Sequence record: LC788708.1
Strand: one strand, 5' to 3'
Length of the DNA: 64,000 nucleotides
Origin: Escherichia coli phage AZ21
This document shows, piece by piece, positions 46,033 to 56,600 of the stretch. Below the pieces are notes generated by a model. The model made no database searches. It was not told where the DNA came from and saw only the letters and a list, made by a program, of their open reading frames with translations. Both the position numbers and the translations under genes were made by a program. Position 1 is the first letter of the stretch. Every line of letters begins with the position of its first letter.

Positions 46033-46517
46033 TTGATTATAGTGGTCTAAAGACCATTTTTGGAGAAAAACTGCCAGAATCTCATATCTTCTTTGCTACG
46101 GTTGCTGCGCATAAATATGTTCCTAGCTATGCTTTTCTGCGTAGAGAACTAGGACTTTCATCTGCGCATACTAACCGTAAAGTATGGAAGAAATTTGTAG
46201 AGGCTTATGGTAAGGCTGGTCCAGTAGACGTTGTCCCTGGAGCCCCTACGTTGCAGGTAACTCCGGGTGAAAATTCAGTAACTTATATAATTACTGAGGG
46301 TACTAATACCGACTCACCAATCACCCAGTATAAAGTATACTATACTGATGGGGTTACTGCGAAAACCTATAACTCTGGATCTTCTAAAACAGGTACTATT
46401 CCTACCTTAGAAGCAAAAGAGTATACTTTCCAGGCAGTAGCTGTTAATGGGGCGGGAGAATCTCCTAAGTCTACAGCAGTAAAAGCTACCCCAACTGCAC
46501 CTGGTGTTGGAGGCTAA
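46029..46517 (+). CDS. capsid decoration protein with C-terminal Ig/FN3-like domain (pb10-like)
   Basis: 162 aa; C-terminal TPGENSVTYII...YKVYYTDG...YTFQAVAVNGAGES beta-sandwich pattern. Confidence 0.5.
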   Translation: MIDYSGLKTIFGEKLPESHIFFATVAAHKYVPSYAFLRRELGLSSAHTNRKVWKKFVEAYGKAGPVDVVPGAPTLQVTPGENSVTYIITEGTNTDSPITQYKVYYTDGVTAKTYNSGSSKTGTIPTLEAKEYTFQAVAVNGAGESPKSTAVKATPTAPGVGG

Positions 46518-46520
46518 TAA

Positions 46521-47153
46521 ATGACACAAGCTGCTATTGACTATAACAAGTTAAAATCAGCACCGGTTCATTTAGATGCTTATATTAAATCTATTGATAG
46601 CGAATCCAAAGAGGGTGTTGTAAAAATCCGTGGATTCGCTAATACAATTAGTAAAGATCGCGCTGGTGATGTAATTCCTGCTTCGGCATGGAAAACATCT
46701 AATGCACTTGCTAACTACATGAAAAACCCGATTATTCTTTTCGGACATGACCATCGTCGTCCAATCGGCAAGTGTATTGATCTTAACCCTACTGAAATGG
46801 GTCTCGAAATCGAATGCGAGATCTATGAAAGTTCTGATCCGGCTATCTTTTCACTAATTAAAAACGGTGTACTGAAAACTTTTAGTATCGGATTCCGCTG
46901 CCTAGATGCAGAGTGGGATGAAGCTACTGATATATTTATTATTAAAGATTTAGAACTATACGAAGTTTCGGTAGTTTCTGTACCTTGTAATCAGGACTCA
47001 ACATTCAACCTCGCTAAGAGTATGAATGGTCATGATTATACTGAATGGCGTAAATCTTTTACTGCAATAAGTTCTAAAGCTGTCCCAGCTCAAGAACGTA
47101 ATCTTTCTGAACTAGAAAAACTTGCGATAGCTTTAGGCTACGTTAAAGAATAA
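46521..47153 (+). CDS. prohead protease (HK97 family)
   Basis: 210 aa; ILFGHD His motif; directly upstream of major capsid gene. Confidence 0.7.
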   Translation: MTQAAIDYNKLKSAPVHLDAYIKSIDSESKEGVVKIRGFANTISKDRAGDVIPASAWKTSNALANYMKNPIILFGHDHRRPIGKCIDLNPTEMGLEIECEIYESSDPAIFSLIKNGVLKTFSIGFRCLDAEWDEATDIFIIKDLELYEVSVVSVPCNQDSTFNLAKSMNGHDYTEWRKSFTAISSKAVPAQERNLSELEKLAIALGYVKE

Positions 47154-47170
47154 CGGAGAATTATTTAAAA

Positions 47171-48547
47171 ATGACTATTGATATTAATAAGCTGAAAGAA
47201 GAACTTGGTCTGGGTGATCTGGCTAAATCTCTGGAAGGTCTGACCGCTGCTCAGAAAGCTGCTGAAGCTGAACGTATGCGTAAAGAGCAGGAAGAAAAAG
47301 AACTGGCTCGTATGAATGATCTGGTTTCTAAAGCAGTTGGCGAAGATCGTCAGAAGCTAGAAGAAGCTCTGGAACTGGTTAAATCCCTGGATGAAAAATC
47401 TAAGAAGAGCGCAGAACTGTTTGCACAGACTGTAGAAAAACAGCAGGAAACTATTGTTGGTCTTCAGGACGAAATCAAATCTCTGCTAGCAGCTCGTGAA
47501 GGTCGTTCCTTCGTCGGTGATAGCGTAGCTAAAGCACTGTATGGTACTCAAGAAAACTTTGAAGACGAAGTGGAGAAACTGGTTCTTCTGTCCTACGTGA
47601 TGGAAAAAGGTGTATTTGATACCGAACATGGCCAGAGACACCTGAAAGCTGTAAACCAGTCCTCTTTAGTAGAAGTTTCTAGTGAAAGCTATGAAACTAT
47701 TTTCTCCCAGCGTATTATTCGTGATCTGCAGAAAGAACTGGTAGTTGGTGCACTGTTCGAAGAATTGCCGATGTCCAGCAAATTGCTGACTATGCTGGTT
47801 GAACCAGAAGCTGGTAAAGCTACTTGGGTAGATGCTAGTGCATATGGTACTGATGCTACTACTGGTGACGAAGTTAAAGGTGCTCTGACTGAAATTCAGT
47901 TCAAAACCTATAAACTGGCTGCTAAGTCCTTCATTACTGATGAAACTGAAGAAGATGCAATCTTCTCCCTGCTACCGTTGCTGCGTAAGCGTCTGATTGA
48001 AGCACACGCTGTTTCTATCGAAGAAGCATTTATGACTGGTGACGGTACTGGTAAGCCTAAGGGTCTGCTGAAACTGGCTGAAGGCGATAAGGCTAAAGTT
48101 ATTACTGAAGCTAAAGCTGATGGTTCTGTTCTGGTAACTGCTAAAACTATCTCTAAACTGCGTCGTAAACTGGGCCGTCATGGTCTGAAACTGAGCAAAC
48201 TGGTACTGATCGTATCTATGGATGCTTATTACGATCTGCTGGAAGATGAAGAATGGCAGGATGTTGCCCAGGTTGGTAACGATGCTGTTAAACTGCAAGG
48301 TCAGGTTGGTCGTATTTACGGTCTGCCGGTTGTAGTTTCTGAGTTCTTCCCGGCTAAAGCTAACTCTGCAGAGTTCGCAGTTATTGTTTATAAAGATAAC
48401 TTCGTAATGCCGCGTCAGCGTGCTGTTACTGTTGAACGTGAGCGCCAAGCTGGTAAACAACGTGATGCGTACTACGTTACTCAGCGTGTTAACCTGCAAC
48501 GTTACTTCGAAAACGGCGTTGTATCCGGTACTTACGCTGCATCTTAA
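47171..48547 (+). CDS. major capsid protein precursor with N-terminal scaffolding domain
   Basis: 458 aa; about 150-aa N-terminal coiled-coil domain; synteny after protease; strong terminator downstream. Confidence 0.8.
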   Translation: MTIDINKLKEELGLGDLAKSLEGLTAAQKAAEAERMRKEQEEKELARMNDLVSKAVGEDRQKLEEALELVKSLDEKSKKSAELFAQTVEKQQETIVGLQDEIKSLLAAREGRSFVGDSVAKALYGTQENFEDEVEKLVLLSYVMEKGVFDTEHGQRHLKAVNQSSLVEVSSESYETIFSQRIIRDLQKELVVGALFEELPMSSKLLTMLVEPEAGKATWVDASAYGTDATTGDEVKGALTEIQFKTYKLAAKSFITDETEEDAIFSLLPLLRKRLIEAHAVSIEEAFMTGDGTGKPKGLLKLAEGDKAKVITEAKADGSVLVTAKTISKLRRKLGRHGLKLSKLVLIVSMDAYYDLLEDEEWQDVAQVGNDAVKLQGQVGRIYGLPVVVSEFFPAKANSAEFAVIVYKDNFVMPRQRAVTVERERQAGKQRDAYYVTQRVNLQRYFENGVVSGTYAAS

Positions 48548-48567
48548 TACAGGCTTTTCAGCCGATA

Positions 48568-48594
48568 AGGAGAGCTTCGGCTCTCCTTTTTTAT
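48568..48594 (+). terminator. rho-independent terminator after major capsid gene
   Basis: AAGGAGAGC-TTCG-GCTCTCCTT followed by TTTTTT. Confidence 0.75.
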
Positions 48595-48606
48595 TGGGAA
48601 AAATAA

Positions 48607-49119
48607 ATGCAAATCATCACAGCCGAAGATTATAGATTATATGGTGGTTTAAAACGACCTGAATTAGAATCTGGTGTAGAAATGATGATTACTGCTGCCA
48701 ATGCGCTGATTACGAGCCTTCTAGGCATGGATGATGCTGATGCGGTAGACCAGTTAATCAATACAAAACCTACACGTAGGAAATATTTTCTGAGCTCACC
48801 ATCTGCTACCTCCGTAACTAAAGTGACGATTAACGATAATGAGATTGACCCAGAGCAGTATAAGCTATACTCTGATGGTATTATCCTTCTCAAATTTAAT
48901 CCTCCAGAAGGTTATATGGATGTAGCATATACACAAGGTGGATTCAATCCAATACCTGAAGATCTCAAACTTGCAGCATGTATGTTAGTAGATCATTGGC
49001 ACAAACAAGATTACCGCCAAGCTAAAACAATTGGTGGTGAAACAGTAACCTTCAATAGCACTAAGTCTGGTATCCCAGAGCATATTCGTACTATTATTGA
49101 AGTGTATAGGAGAGTATAA
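48607..49119 (+). CDS. head-tail connector/head completion protein (putative)
   Basis: 170 aa ORF right after capsid gene terminator. Confidence 0.45.
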   Translation: MQIITAEDYRLYGGLKRPELESGVEMMITAANALITSLLGMDDADAVDQLINTKPTRRKYFLSSPSATSVTKVTINDNEIDPEQYKLYSDGIILLKFNPPEGYMDVAYTQGGFNPIPEDLKLAACMLVDHWHKQDYRQAKTIGGETVTFNSTKSGIPEHIRTIIEVYRRV

Positions 49120-49886
49120 TGTCTCTTTCCGATCTAGCTAAACAAATTATTAAAGAGCAGCTAGATACTGCAGGACGATCTGAAAATAATAAGAATACTG
49201 TTGTGTATTCTGTTGAGACAGGGTTAAAAGATCCTACCAGAGATGGTACTGTTGCTCAAGTATCTTTTAAGTTTTCAAAACCCGTATCACAAGATCTTCT
49301 TGATGTTAGAACAGCCTCTATACTAAAAGCAGTATCCTCTAGTTTAGATCTTTCGGGGGATTTAGGTGCTCTAGAGAACTTAATACAAGCAACCGCGGGT
49401 AAAAAATCCTCTGTAGGTAAAAAACGTTCTACAGGCAGAGTACAGGTAAACTTTGGGGATCCTAGAGACGTAGAGGATGGATACTCAGGTGCAATAACAG
49501 GTGCTTCCGGACGTTTTGTATCAAATAGCAATATGAAGGTTATATTAGAGATAGTTGCTAAAGAGTACTTAATAAAGGATATGAAAAAGACAGGAGCGCC
49601 ATTAAAATTTAGAACTGGCAGGTTTGCAAATTCTCTGAAAATTAAGGATGTTATGCTTAGAGATGCAGAGACTAGTAAAGGTGCTCCTGAATTAAACGTG
49701 ACGTATAATTATATGGTACGTCCATATTCTGTATTTAATCCAGCAGTATCTACATATCGAAGATTATCTCTACGACCTTACCCAGGCGCTAGAAACCCCC
49801 AAAAACTTATTGGTGAGGCTATAGCAAAAGCTGCAAGAGACCTGATTCACTCTAGATATAAAATCAAGGTTAATCAAGGAACCTAA
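49119..49886 (+). CDS. head-tail joining protein (putative)
   Basis: 255 aa, ATGA overlap, structural module synteny. Confidence 0.45.
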   Translation: MSLSDLAKQIIKEQLDTAGRSENNKNTVVYSVETGLKDPTRDGTVAQVSFKFSKPVSQDLLDVRTASILKAVSSSLDLSGDLGALENLIQATAGKKSSVGKKRSTGRVQVNFGDPRDVEDGYSGAITGASGRFVSNSNMKVILEIVAKEYLIKDMKKTGAPLKFRTGRFANSLKIKDVMLRDAETSKGAPELNVTYNYMVRPYSVFNPAVSTYRRLSLRPYPGARNPQKLIGEAIAKAARDLIHSRYKIKVNQGT

Positions 49887-49889
49887 TAA

Positions 49890-50375
49890 ATGGATTATAG
49901 AACAAGTATTGCACAAGCTCTGGTTGACCGTATATCTAAACAGTTGGATGGTTCTCAACCTGACGAATATTTTAATAACCTATATGGAAACGTTTCTCGT
50001 CAAACTTATAAATTTGAGGAAATACGAGAGTTTCCTTATGTGGCAGTTCATATCGGAACTGAAACTGGGCAGTATCTTCCTTCGGGCCAACAGTGGATGT
50101 TTTTAGAACTTCCAATCCTGGTGTACGATAAAGAGAAAACAGACATTCAAGAGCAACTTGAAAAACTCGTAGCGGATATAAAAACCGTTATTGACACAGG
50201 TGGAAATTTAGAATATACTGTTAGTAAACCTAATGGATCGACCTTCCCATGTGAGGCAACTGATATGATCATTACATCAGTTAATACAGATGAGGGTCTA
50301 CTGGCCCCATATGGTTTAGCAGAAATAAATGTAACAGTGAGGTATCAGCCTCCACGTAGGTCACTTCGCAGATAA
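49890..50375 (+). CDS. tail terminator/completion protein (putative)
   Basis: 161 aa, immediately upstream of tail tube gene. Confidence 0.45.
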   Translation: MDYRTSIAQALVDRISKQLDGSQPDEYFNNLYGNVSRQTYKFEEIREFPYVAVHIGTETGQYLPSGQQWMFLELPILVYDKEKTDIQEQLEKLVADIKTVIDTGGNLEYTVSKPNGSTFPCEATDMIITSVNTDEGLLAPYGLAEINVTVRYQPPRRSLRR

Positions 50376-50401
50376 GTTACAGATTAGGAGAAAATAATTA
50401 A

Positions 50402-51796
50402 ATGTCTTTACAACTATTACGTAATACTCGAATCTTCGTGTCTACGGTTAAGACTGGTCATAATAAGACCAACACGCAAGAGATTCTAGTTCAGGATGAT
50501 ATTTCTTGGGGTCAGGACAGTAACTCAACAGATATTACTGTTAATGAAGCTGGTCCGCGTCCAACTCGTGGTTCTAAACGTTTTAACGACTCTTTAAACG
50601 CGGCTGAGTGGAGTTTCTCTACTTACATCCTGCCCTATATCAATAAAGATGATCAGAAGCAAATCGTTCCTGACTATATGTTATGGCATGCACTTTCTAG
50701 TGGTAAAGCTATTAACTTAGAAGGTAATACAGGGGCACACAATAACGAGGCTAACTTCATGGTTAACTTCAAAGATAACTCCTATCATGAGTTAGCAATG
50801 TTACATATTTATATTCTGACTGATAAAGCATGGAGTTATATCGATTCCTGTCAGATTAATCAGGCAGAAGTTAACGTTGATATCGAAGATATTGGCCGTG
50901 TAACTTGGTCCGGTAATGGTAATCAGCTTATTCCTCTGGATGAGCAACCATTTGACCCAGATGAGTTAGGTATTGATGATGAAACTTATATGACTATCCA
51001 GGGTTCTTATATTAAGAACAAACTAACGATCTTGAAGATCAAGGATATGGATACCAATAAGTCTTATGACATACCTATTACTGGTGGTACTTTCACCATT
51101 AATAATAACATCACGTATCTAACCCCGAATATTATGTCCCGTGTAAATATTCCGATCGGTTCATTTACTGGCGCATTTGAACTAACTGGTTCATTAACTG
51201 CTTATCTGAATGATAAATCTCTTGGTTCTATGGAGCTGTATAAAGATCTTATCAAAACTCTGAAGGTAGTTAACCGCTTCGAAATTGCTCTAGTACTTGG
51301 TGGTGAATACGATGAAGAACGTCCTGCGGCTATTTTGGTAGCTAAACAAGCACACGTTAATATTCCTACTATTGAAACTGATGATGTACTTGGTACTTCA
51401 GTAGAGTTTAAAGCTATTCCATCTGATCTGGATGCTGGTGATGAAGGTTACTTAGGCTTCTCTAGTAAATATACCAAAACAACTATTAATAACTTGATTG
51501 TTAATGGTGATGGTGCTACTAATGCTGTAACCGCAATTACTGTTAAATCTGCTGGTGATGTTACTACAGTAAATAACTCGGCTACTCTTCAAATGAGTGT
51601 TGAAATTACTCCTTCTTCCGCAAAGAATAAAGAAGTTACTTGGGCTATCACTGCTGGTGATGCAGCTACTATCAATGCAGCAGGACTATTAACAGCCCAT
51701 GCTAGTAAAACAGGTGCGGTAACTGTTGAAGCTACAGCTAAGGATGGTTCTGGAGTTAAAGGTACTAAACAGATTACTGTAACAGCAGGTGGTTAA
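50402..51796 (+). CDS. major tail tube protein with C-terminal Ig-like (Big_2) domain (pb6-like)
   Basis: 464 aa; C-terminal ITVKSAGDVTTV...VTVEATAKDGSGVKGTKQITVTAGG Ig-like pattern. Confidence 0.75.
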   Translation: MSLQLLRNTRIFVSTVKTGHNKTNTQEILVQDDISWGQDSNSTDITVNEAGPRPTRGSKRFNDSLNAAEWSFSTYILPYINKDDQKQIVPDYMLWHALSSGKAINLEGNTGAHNNEANFMVNFKDNSYHELAMLHIYILTDKAWSYIDSCQINQAEVNVDIEDIGRVTWSGNGNQLIPLDEQPFDPDELGIDDETYMTIQGSYIKNKLTILKIKDMDTNKSYDIPITGGTFTINNNITYLTPNIMSRVNIPIGSFTGAFELTGSLTAYLNDKSLGSMELYKDLIKTLKVVNRFEIALVLGGEYDEERPAAILVAKQAHVNIPTIETDDVLGTSVEFKAIPSDLDAGDEGYLGFSSKYTKTTINNLIVNGDGATNAVTAITVKSAGDVTTVNNSATLQMSVEITPSSAKNKEVTWAITAGDAATINAAGLLTAHASKTGAVTVEATAKDGSGVKGTKQITVTAGG

Positions 51797-51800
51797 TTAA

Positions 51801-52700
51801 ATGTACTACTCTCTAATGAGAGAGTCAAAAGTTATAGTTGAGTATGATGGTAGGGCATTTCATTTTGATGCCCTATCAAACTATGATATACAGACTTCCT
51901 ACGAGGAATTCAAGACTCTTCGTAGGACTGTTCATCGTAGAACTAACTATGCAGACTCTATTATAAATGCTCAAACTCCCTCTTCTATCTCTCTAGCCGT
52001 AAATTTCAGTAATACTCTTACGGAGGCTAACTTCTTTGAATGGTTAGGTTTTGATAGAAAAGGTAATACTTTCTTACTCCCACTATATAGTAGTAATATT
52101 GAACCTATTATGTTCAATATCTATATAGTAAACAAAGATAGTAACTGTGTATATTTTGAAAACTGTTATGTATCTACGGTAGATTTTTCTTTAGATAAGA
52201 ACATACCAATTCTTAATGTTGGTATTGAGTCTGGGAAATTCTCAGAAGTATCTACCTATAGAGAAGCAGCTTCTATTATACAGGGTGAAGTAATGTCTTA
52301 CAGCCCAGTAATAGCTTCTACTAATGGCAGCATCTTACCAGGTCTTATTTCTGCCTCTTTATCTTTCCAACAGCAGTGTTCCTGGAGAGAGGATAAGAGT
52401 GTTTTTGATATAAATAAAATTTATAATAATAAAAGAGCCTATGTAACTGAAATGAATGCTTCGGCAACCATTTCTCTATACTACTTAAAACGTTTTGCAG
52501 GAGATATGGTTTATAATATAGAACCGGAGATAGATATACCTTTAACAATAAGAAATAATAATATTTCTATAGATTTTCCTTCAGCACGTATTACAAAACG
52601 CCTAGATTTCTCAGATGTGTATAGAGTTGAGTGGGATATTATACCTACTGCTTCTTCAGACCCAGTGAGAATAGATTTCTTTGGAGAAATTAAAAAATGA
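51801..52700 (+). CDS. tail protein (p140-like)
   Basis: 299 aa, between tube gene and chaperone genes. Confidence 0.45.
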   Translation: MYYSLMRESKVIVEYDGRAFHFDALSNYDIQTSYEEFKTLRRTVHRRTNYADSIINAQTPSSISLAVNFSNTLTEANFFEWLGFDRKGNTFLLPLYSSNIEPIMFNIYIVNKDSNCVYFENCYVSTVDFSLDKNIPILNVGIESGKFSEVSTYREAASIIQGEVMSYSPVIASTNGSILPGLISASLSFQQQCSWREDKSVFDINKIYNNKRAYVTEMNASATISLYYLKRFAGDMVYNIEPEIDIPLTIRNNNISIDFPSARITKRLDFSDVYRVEWDIIPTASSDPVRIDFFGEIKK

Positions 52701-53101
52701 TTAATTTAAAAGATATTACTCTTGATACTCGTACTATTACTCTTTCCTACCCAGGTATGCCGAACTTTAAACTAGAACTTAACTATATGTCTCGTGCTAC
52801 CTCTAAACGTGTTATTTCTTCTGCTAAACGCGATGAATGGGTTAACGGTACTTTGGTTCAGGTACAGGATGATGATAAGTTCATTGAAGCCTTTGTTGAC
52901 GCAGCTATTAAAGGTTGGACTGGTTTGACTGTAGGTGACGTTGAAAAACTAATGCTGATTGAAACAGATGCTGATCCTGCTACTGAAGTTCCTTTTAGCC
53001 GCGATAATGCTGTAATGCTTATGCAGAACTCTGCTGCGTTTGATTCTTGGATCAACCAGACAGTGTTCCACTTAGACACTTTTCGTAGCCCAAAAGCGTA
53101 A
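52697..53101 (+). CDS. tail assembly chaperone (putative)
   Basis: 134 aa upstream of tape measure, ATGA overlap. Confidence 0.4.
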   Translation: MINLKDITLDTRTITLSYPGMPNFKLELNYMSRATSKRVISSAKRDEWVNGTLVQVQDDDKFIEAFVDAAIKGWTGLTVGDVEKLMLIETDADPATEVPFSRDNAVMLMQNSAAFDSWINQTVFHLDTFRSPKA

Positions 53102-53162
53102 AGAACTTCTGGATGCTGTTGCTGATTTTGCAGATAAATGTATTAAGAGCTCAGCATCTAAA

Positions 53163-53531
53163 ATGACCAAACAACAATATTTAATACTTTGCGAGTCAAT
53201 GGGTATAGAGCCTGATCCTAAGGCTATGCCCGTTGAACTTGAGGATTTTCCACCTATTGTATCTATTAGTATGAATATTTATAACAGTCTGATTGACTGT
53301 TTCATACCGGGTGACTTTCCTATTTTTATAGGTAAGGATAAAGCTGCATTAGGTGTTTTATTTGATATTTATGGGATTACTGATCCTATAGAAAAAGAAT
53401 TTGTTCTACACATTATCAATATATTTGATGCTAAAGCTGTAGACGCTGCACGTAAACATGCTGAGAAGCATAAACCGCAAAACGGGAGGATCCCTAACGT
53501 TAAGCCACATGCTAGATCTCGTGCACGGTAA
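53163..53531 (+). CDS. tail assembly chaperone (putative)
   Basis: 122 aa directly upstream of tape measure gene. Confidence 0.4.
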   Translation: MTKQQYLILCESMGIEPDPKAMPVELEDFPPIVSISMNIYNSLIDCFIPGDFPIFIGKDKAALGVLFDIYGITDPIEKEFVLHIINIFDAKAVDAARKHAEKHKPQNGRIPNVKPHARSRAR

Positions 53532-53565
53532 AAGTTTCCTCCAATGGGCGTTCCACGATGAGGCT

Positions 53566-53597
53566 TGGCTCTGGGTGATTTGCCCAGAGCCTTTTTT
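53566..53597 (+). terminator. rho-independent terminator before tape measure gene
   Basis: GGCTCTGGG-loop-CCCAGAGCC followed by TTTTTT. Confidence 0.75.
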
Positions 53598-53614
53598 ATT
53601 GGGAAAAATAAAAC

Positions 53615-56600
53615 ATGACTGATAAGCTAATACGAGAATTACTAATAGACGTTAAACAGAAGGGGGCAACTCGTACTGCAAAGTCTATTGAAAACGTATC
53701 TGATGCGTTGGAAAATGCTGCTGCTGCTTCCGAACTGACAAATGAGCAGTTAGGTAAAATGCCCAGAACTCTTTATTCCATTGAGAGGGCAGCAGACAGA
53801 GCAGCGAAAAGTCTTACTAAAATGCAAGCTAGTAGGGGTATGGCTGGTATCACTAAATCCATTGATGGTATTGGTGATAAGCTAGATTACCTGGCTATCC
53901 AACTTATTGAAGTAACAGATAAACTAGAAATTGGATTTGATGGAGTTTCTAGATCTGTTAAAACAATGGGTAATGATGTTGCAGCTGCAACAGAAAAAGT
54001 CCAGGATAGATTATATGATACTAATAGAGCATTAGGTGGTACAGCTAGAGGTTTTAACGACACTGCTGGTGCCGCTGGTAGAGCTTCTAGAGCTATTGGT
54101 AATACTTCTGGTTCAGCACGTGGTGCAACTCGTGATTTTGCGGCAATGGCTAAGATCGGTGGTAGTCTACCTATTATGTACGCAGCTCTTGCTTCCAACA
54201 TCTTCGTTTTGCAATCAGCATTTGAACAACTTAAACTAGGTGATCAGCTAAATCGTCTAGAAAAATTTGGTGTTATAGTAGGTACTCAGACAGGTACTCC
54301 TGTTCAGACCCTTGCTAGATCACTACAAGAAGCTGCTGGATATGCTATTTCTTTTGAGGAAGCAATGAGACAGGCATCTTCAGCATCTGCTTATGGATTT
54401 GATGCTGAACAGCTTAATAAATTTGGTTTAGTAGCTCGTCGTGCGGCTGCTGTTCTTGGCGTTGATATGACTGATGCACTTAACCGTGTAATTAAGGGCG
54501 TATCTAAACAAGAAATCGAACTTCTGGATGAACTTGGTGTCACCATCCGTCTTAATGACGCATACGCTGATTATGTTAAACAGTTAAATGCTGCAAACAC
54601 AGGTATAACATATAATGTTAATAGTCTTACCACTTTCCAGAAGCAACAAGCATACGCTAATGCGGTAATTGCTGAATCTACTAAGCGTTTCGGCTACCTA
54701 GATGAAGTACTACGTGCAACTCCATGGGAGCAGTTTGCTGCTAATGCAGATGCTGCACTAAGAAAAATACAACAAGCTGCTGCTAAGTATTTAGGGCCAG
54801 TAATTGATGCTATCAACACAGTATTTTATACGTCTCAGGCTTCTATATCTGCTGAGGCAGCTAGGGCTCAAGAAAAAACTAATAGACAGATAGACCCTAC
54901 CAACGTTGGTGCTGTTGCTTTAAGTTTAGCTGCTTCTGAAGAAGGCTATAATAAAGCTCTAGATATGTATAAGGAATCTCTTGATAAGCGTAATAAGCTA
55001 AAATCTGAGTTTGATAAACGAATGGAACAAGCAGATTTCTATACAAAATTAGCTATACGTCAAGTTGGTGAAGGTATTCCTATTGGTATTGCAGCAGCAG
55101 GTGCTTCGGAGGCCAATAAGCAATTTGTAGCAGAAACTGCAGCTATGGGTCTACAAGTAACTAGACTTGGTAAGGAAGTAGAGGATTCTACAGAGAATCT
55201 CAATGCTTGGAAATCAGCGTATCAAGCTGCTGGGGCTGCTGCTGCAAATGCTAGTCCAGAGTTTCAGAAGCAAATTAATCTCCAGAGAGATACTACTGAT
55301 CCTGATGCTGTATACGATTTTAACTCTACTGTATTAAAAGGACTAACTGAGCAGCAGAAAGCGTACAATCAGACTAAGAAAACTGCTAGTGACTTAGCTA
55401 ATGACTTTCAAAATATAGCTAGTAGCACAGATACTGCTGCTAAAACCAGTGCAACTTTTGAAGAGGTAATTAAAAACATATCGTCTCTATCCGCAGGAAC
55501 TGGTAAGAGTGCTGATGATTATGTTAAAAGCCTCAACTTAGGGTTTAACACTCTGTCTGAAATGAAAACTGCGTCTCAGGCCTTATCTGAGTACGTTAAA
55601 CTAACGGGTAATGAGACTAAGAACCAGTTAGCAGTTCAACAGAAGATAGCGGATGTATATAACCAAACTAAGGATAAAGAAAAAGCACAGGAAGCTGGTA
55701 GACGTTTAGAGTTGCAACAGTTAGAAGAGCAAGAAACTGCTTTACACCGTGTTCTTCAAACAAACCAGGGAAATAAAGCTGTTGAAAAAGAAATTGAAAA
55801 AATTCAGCTGGAGAAACTTAAACTTACTAATCAGGGTATGGAGGCTCAGAAGAAGGTTAAGGATTACACAGATAAAATTCTGGGTGTAGATCGTGAGATA
55901 GCCCTCTTAAATAACCGTACTATGACAGATACTCAGTATCGTCTAGCACAGTTAAATCTTGAATTGACCGTTGAAAAAGAGAAGTACGAATGGTACACAA
56001 AACAAGCTGATAAACAGAAAGAGGCAGAACAGTCTAGACGTGCTCAAGCTCAAATTGAACGTGAAATCTGGAAATTCCGCCAAGATCAGATTGCTTCAAT
56101 GGCTGCTGGTAGAGAGGAAGAACAGCAAAGACAATTTACTGCTAAACCATTAATGGGAAATGCGGAGCGCCTACAGGAACAGCTAAAATTATATGAAGAC
56201 TTAAAGCAGAAAACATTAGGTAATGCTGCGGCACAAGCGGAATATAATAAAAAGATAGCTGAAACTAGGGCACAACTAGCAGGTTTAAGGGCACAGAGAA
56301 ATGCGGAGATGCAAGCTTCTGTTGGATCTTCTTTAGGTGCTGTGTACACCCCTACAACTGGACTATCTGGAGAAGATAAAGATTTTGCTGATATGGGAAA
56401 TAGGATGGCTTCTTATGACCAGGCAATATCTAAACTATCCGAGCTAAACTCTGAAGCAACCGCTGTAGCTCAAAGCATGGGTAACCTAACCAATGCTATG
56501 ATTCAGTTCTCTATGGGGTCTTTAGACACGACTTCCACGATCGCAGTAGGTATGCAAGCTGTATCCTCTATGATTCAATATAGTACTAGTCAACAGGTTA

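Noticed and set aside
47972-48499. Antisense ORFs inside structural genes (e.g. 47972-48499 minus, 53887-54201 minus, 56086-56349 minus, 61872-62745 minus)
   Set aside because: Fully embedded antisense to long, well-supported capsid and tail genes, with no RBS or promoter.
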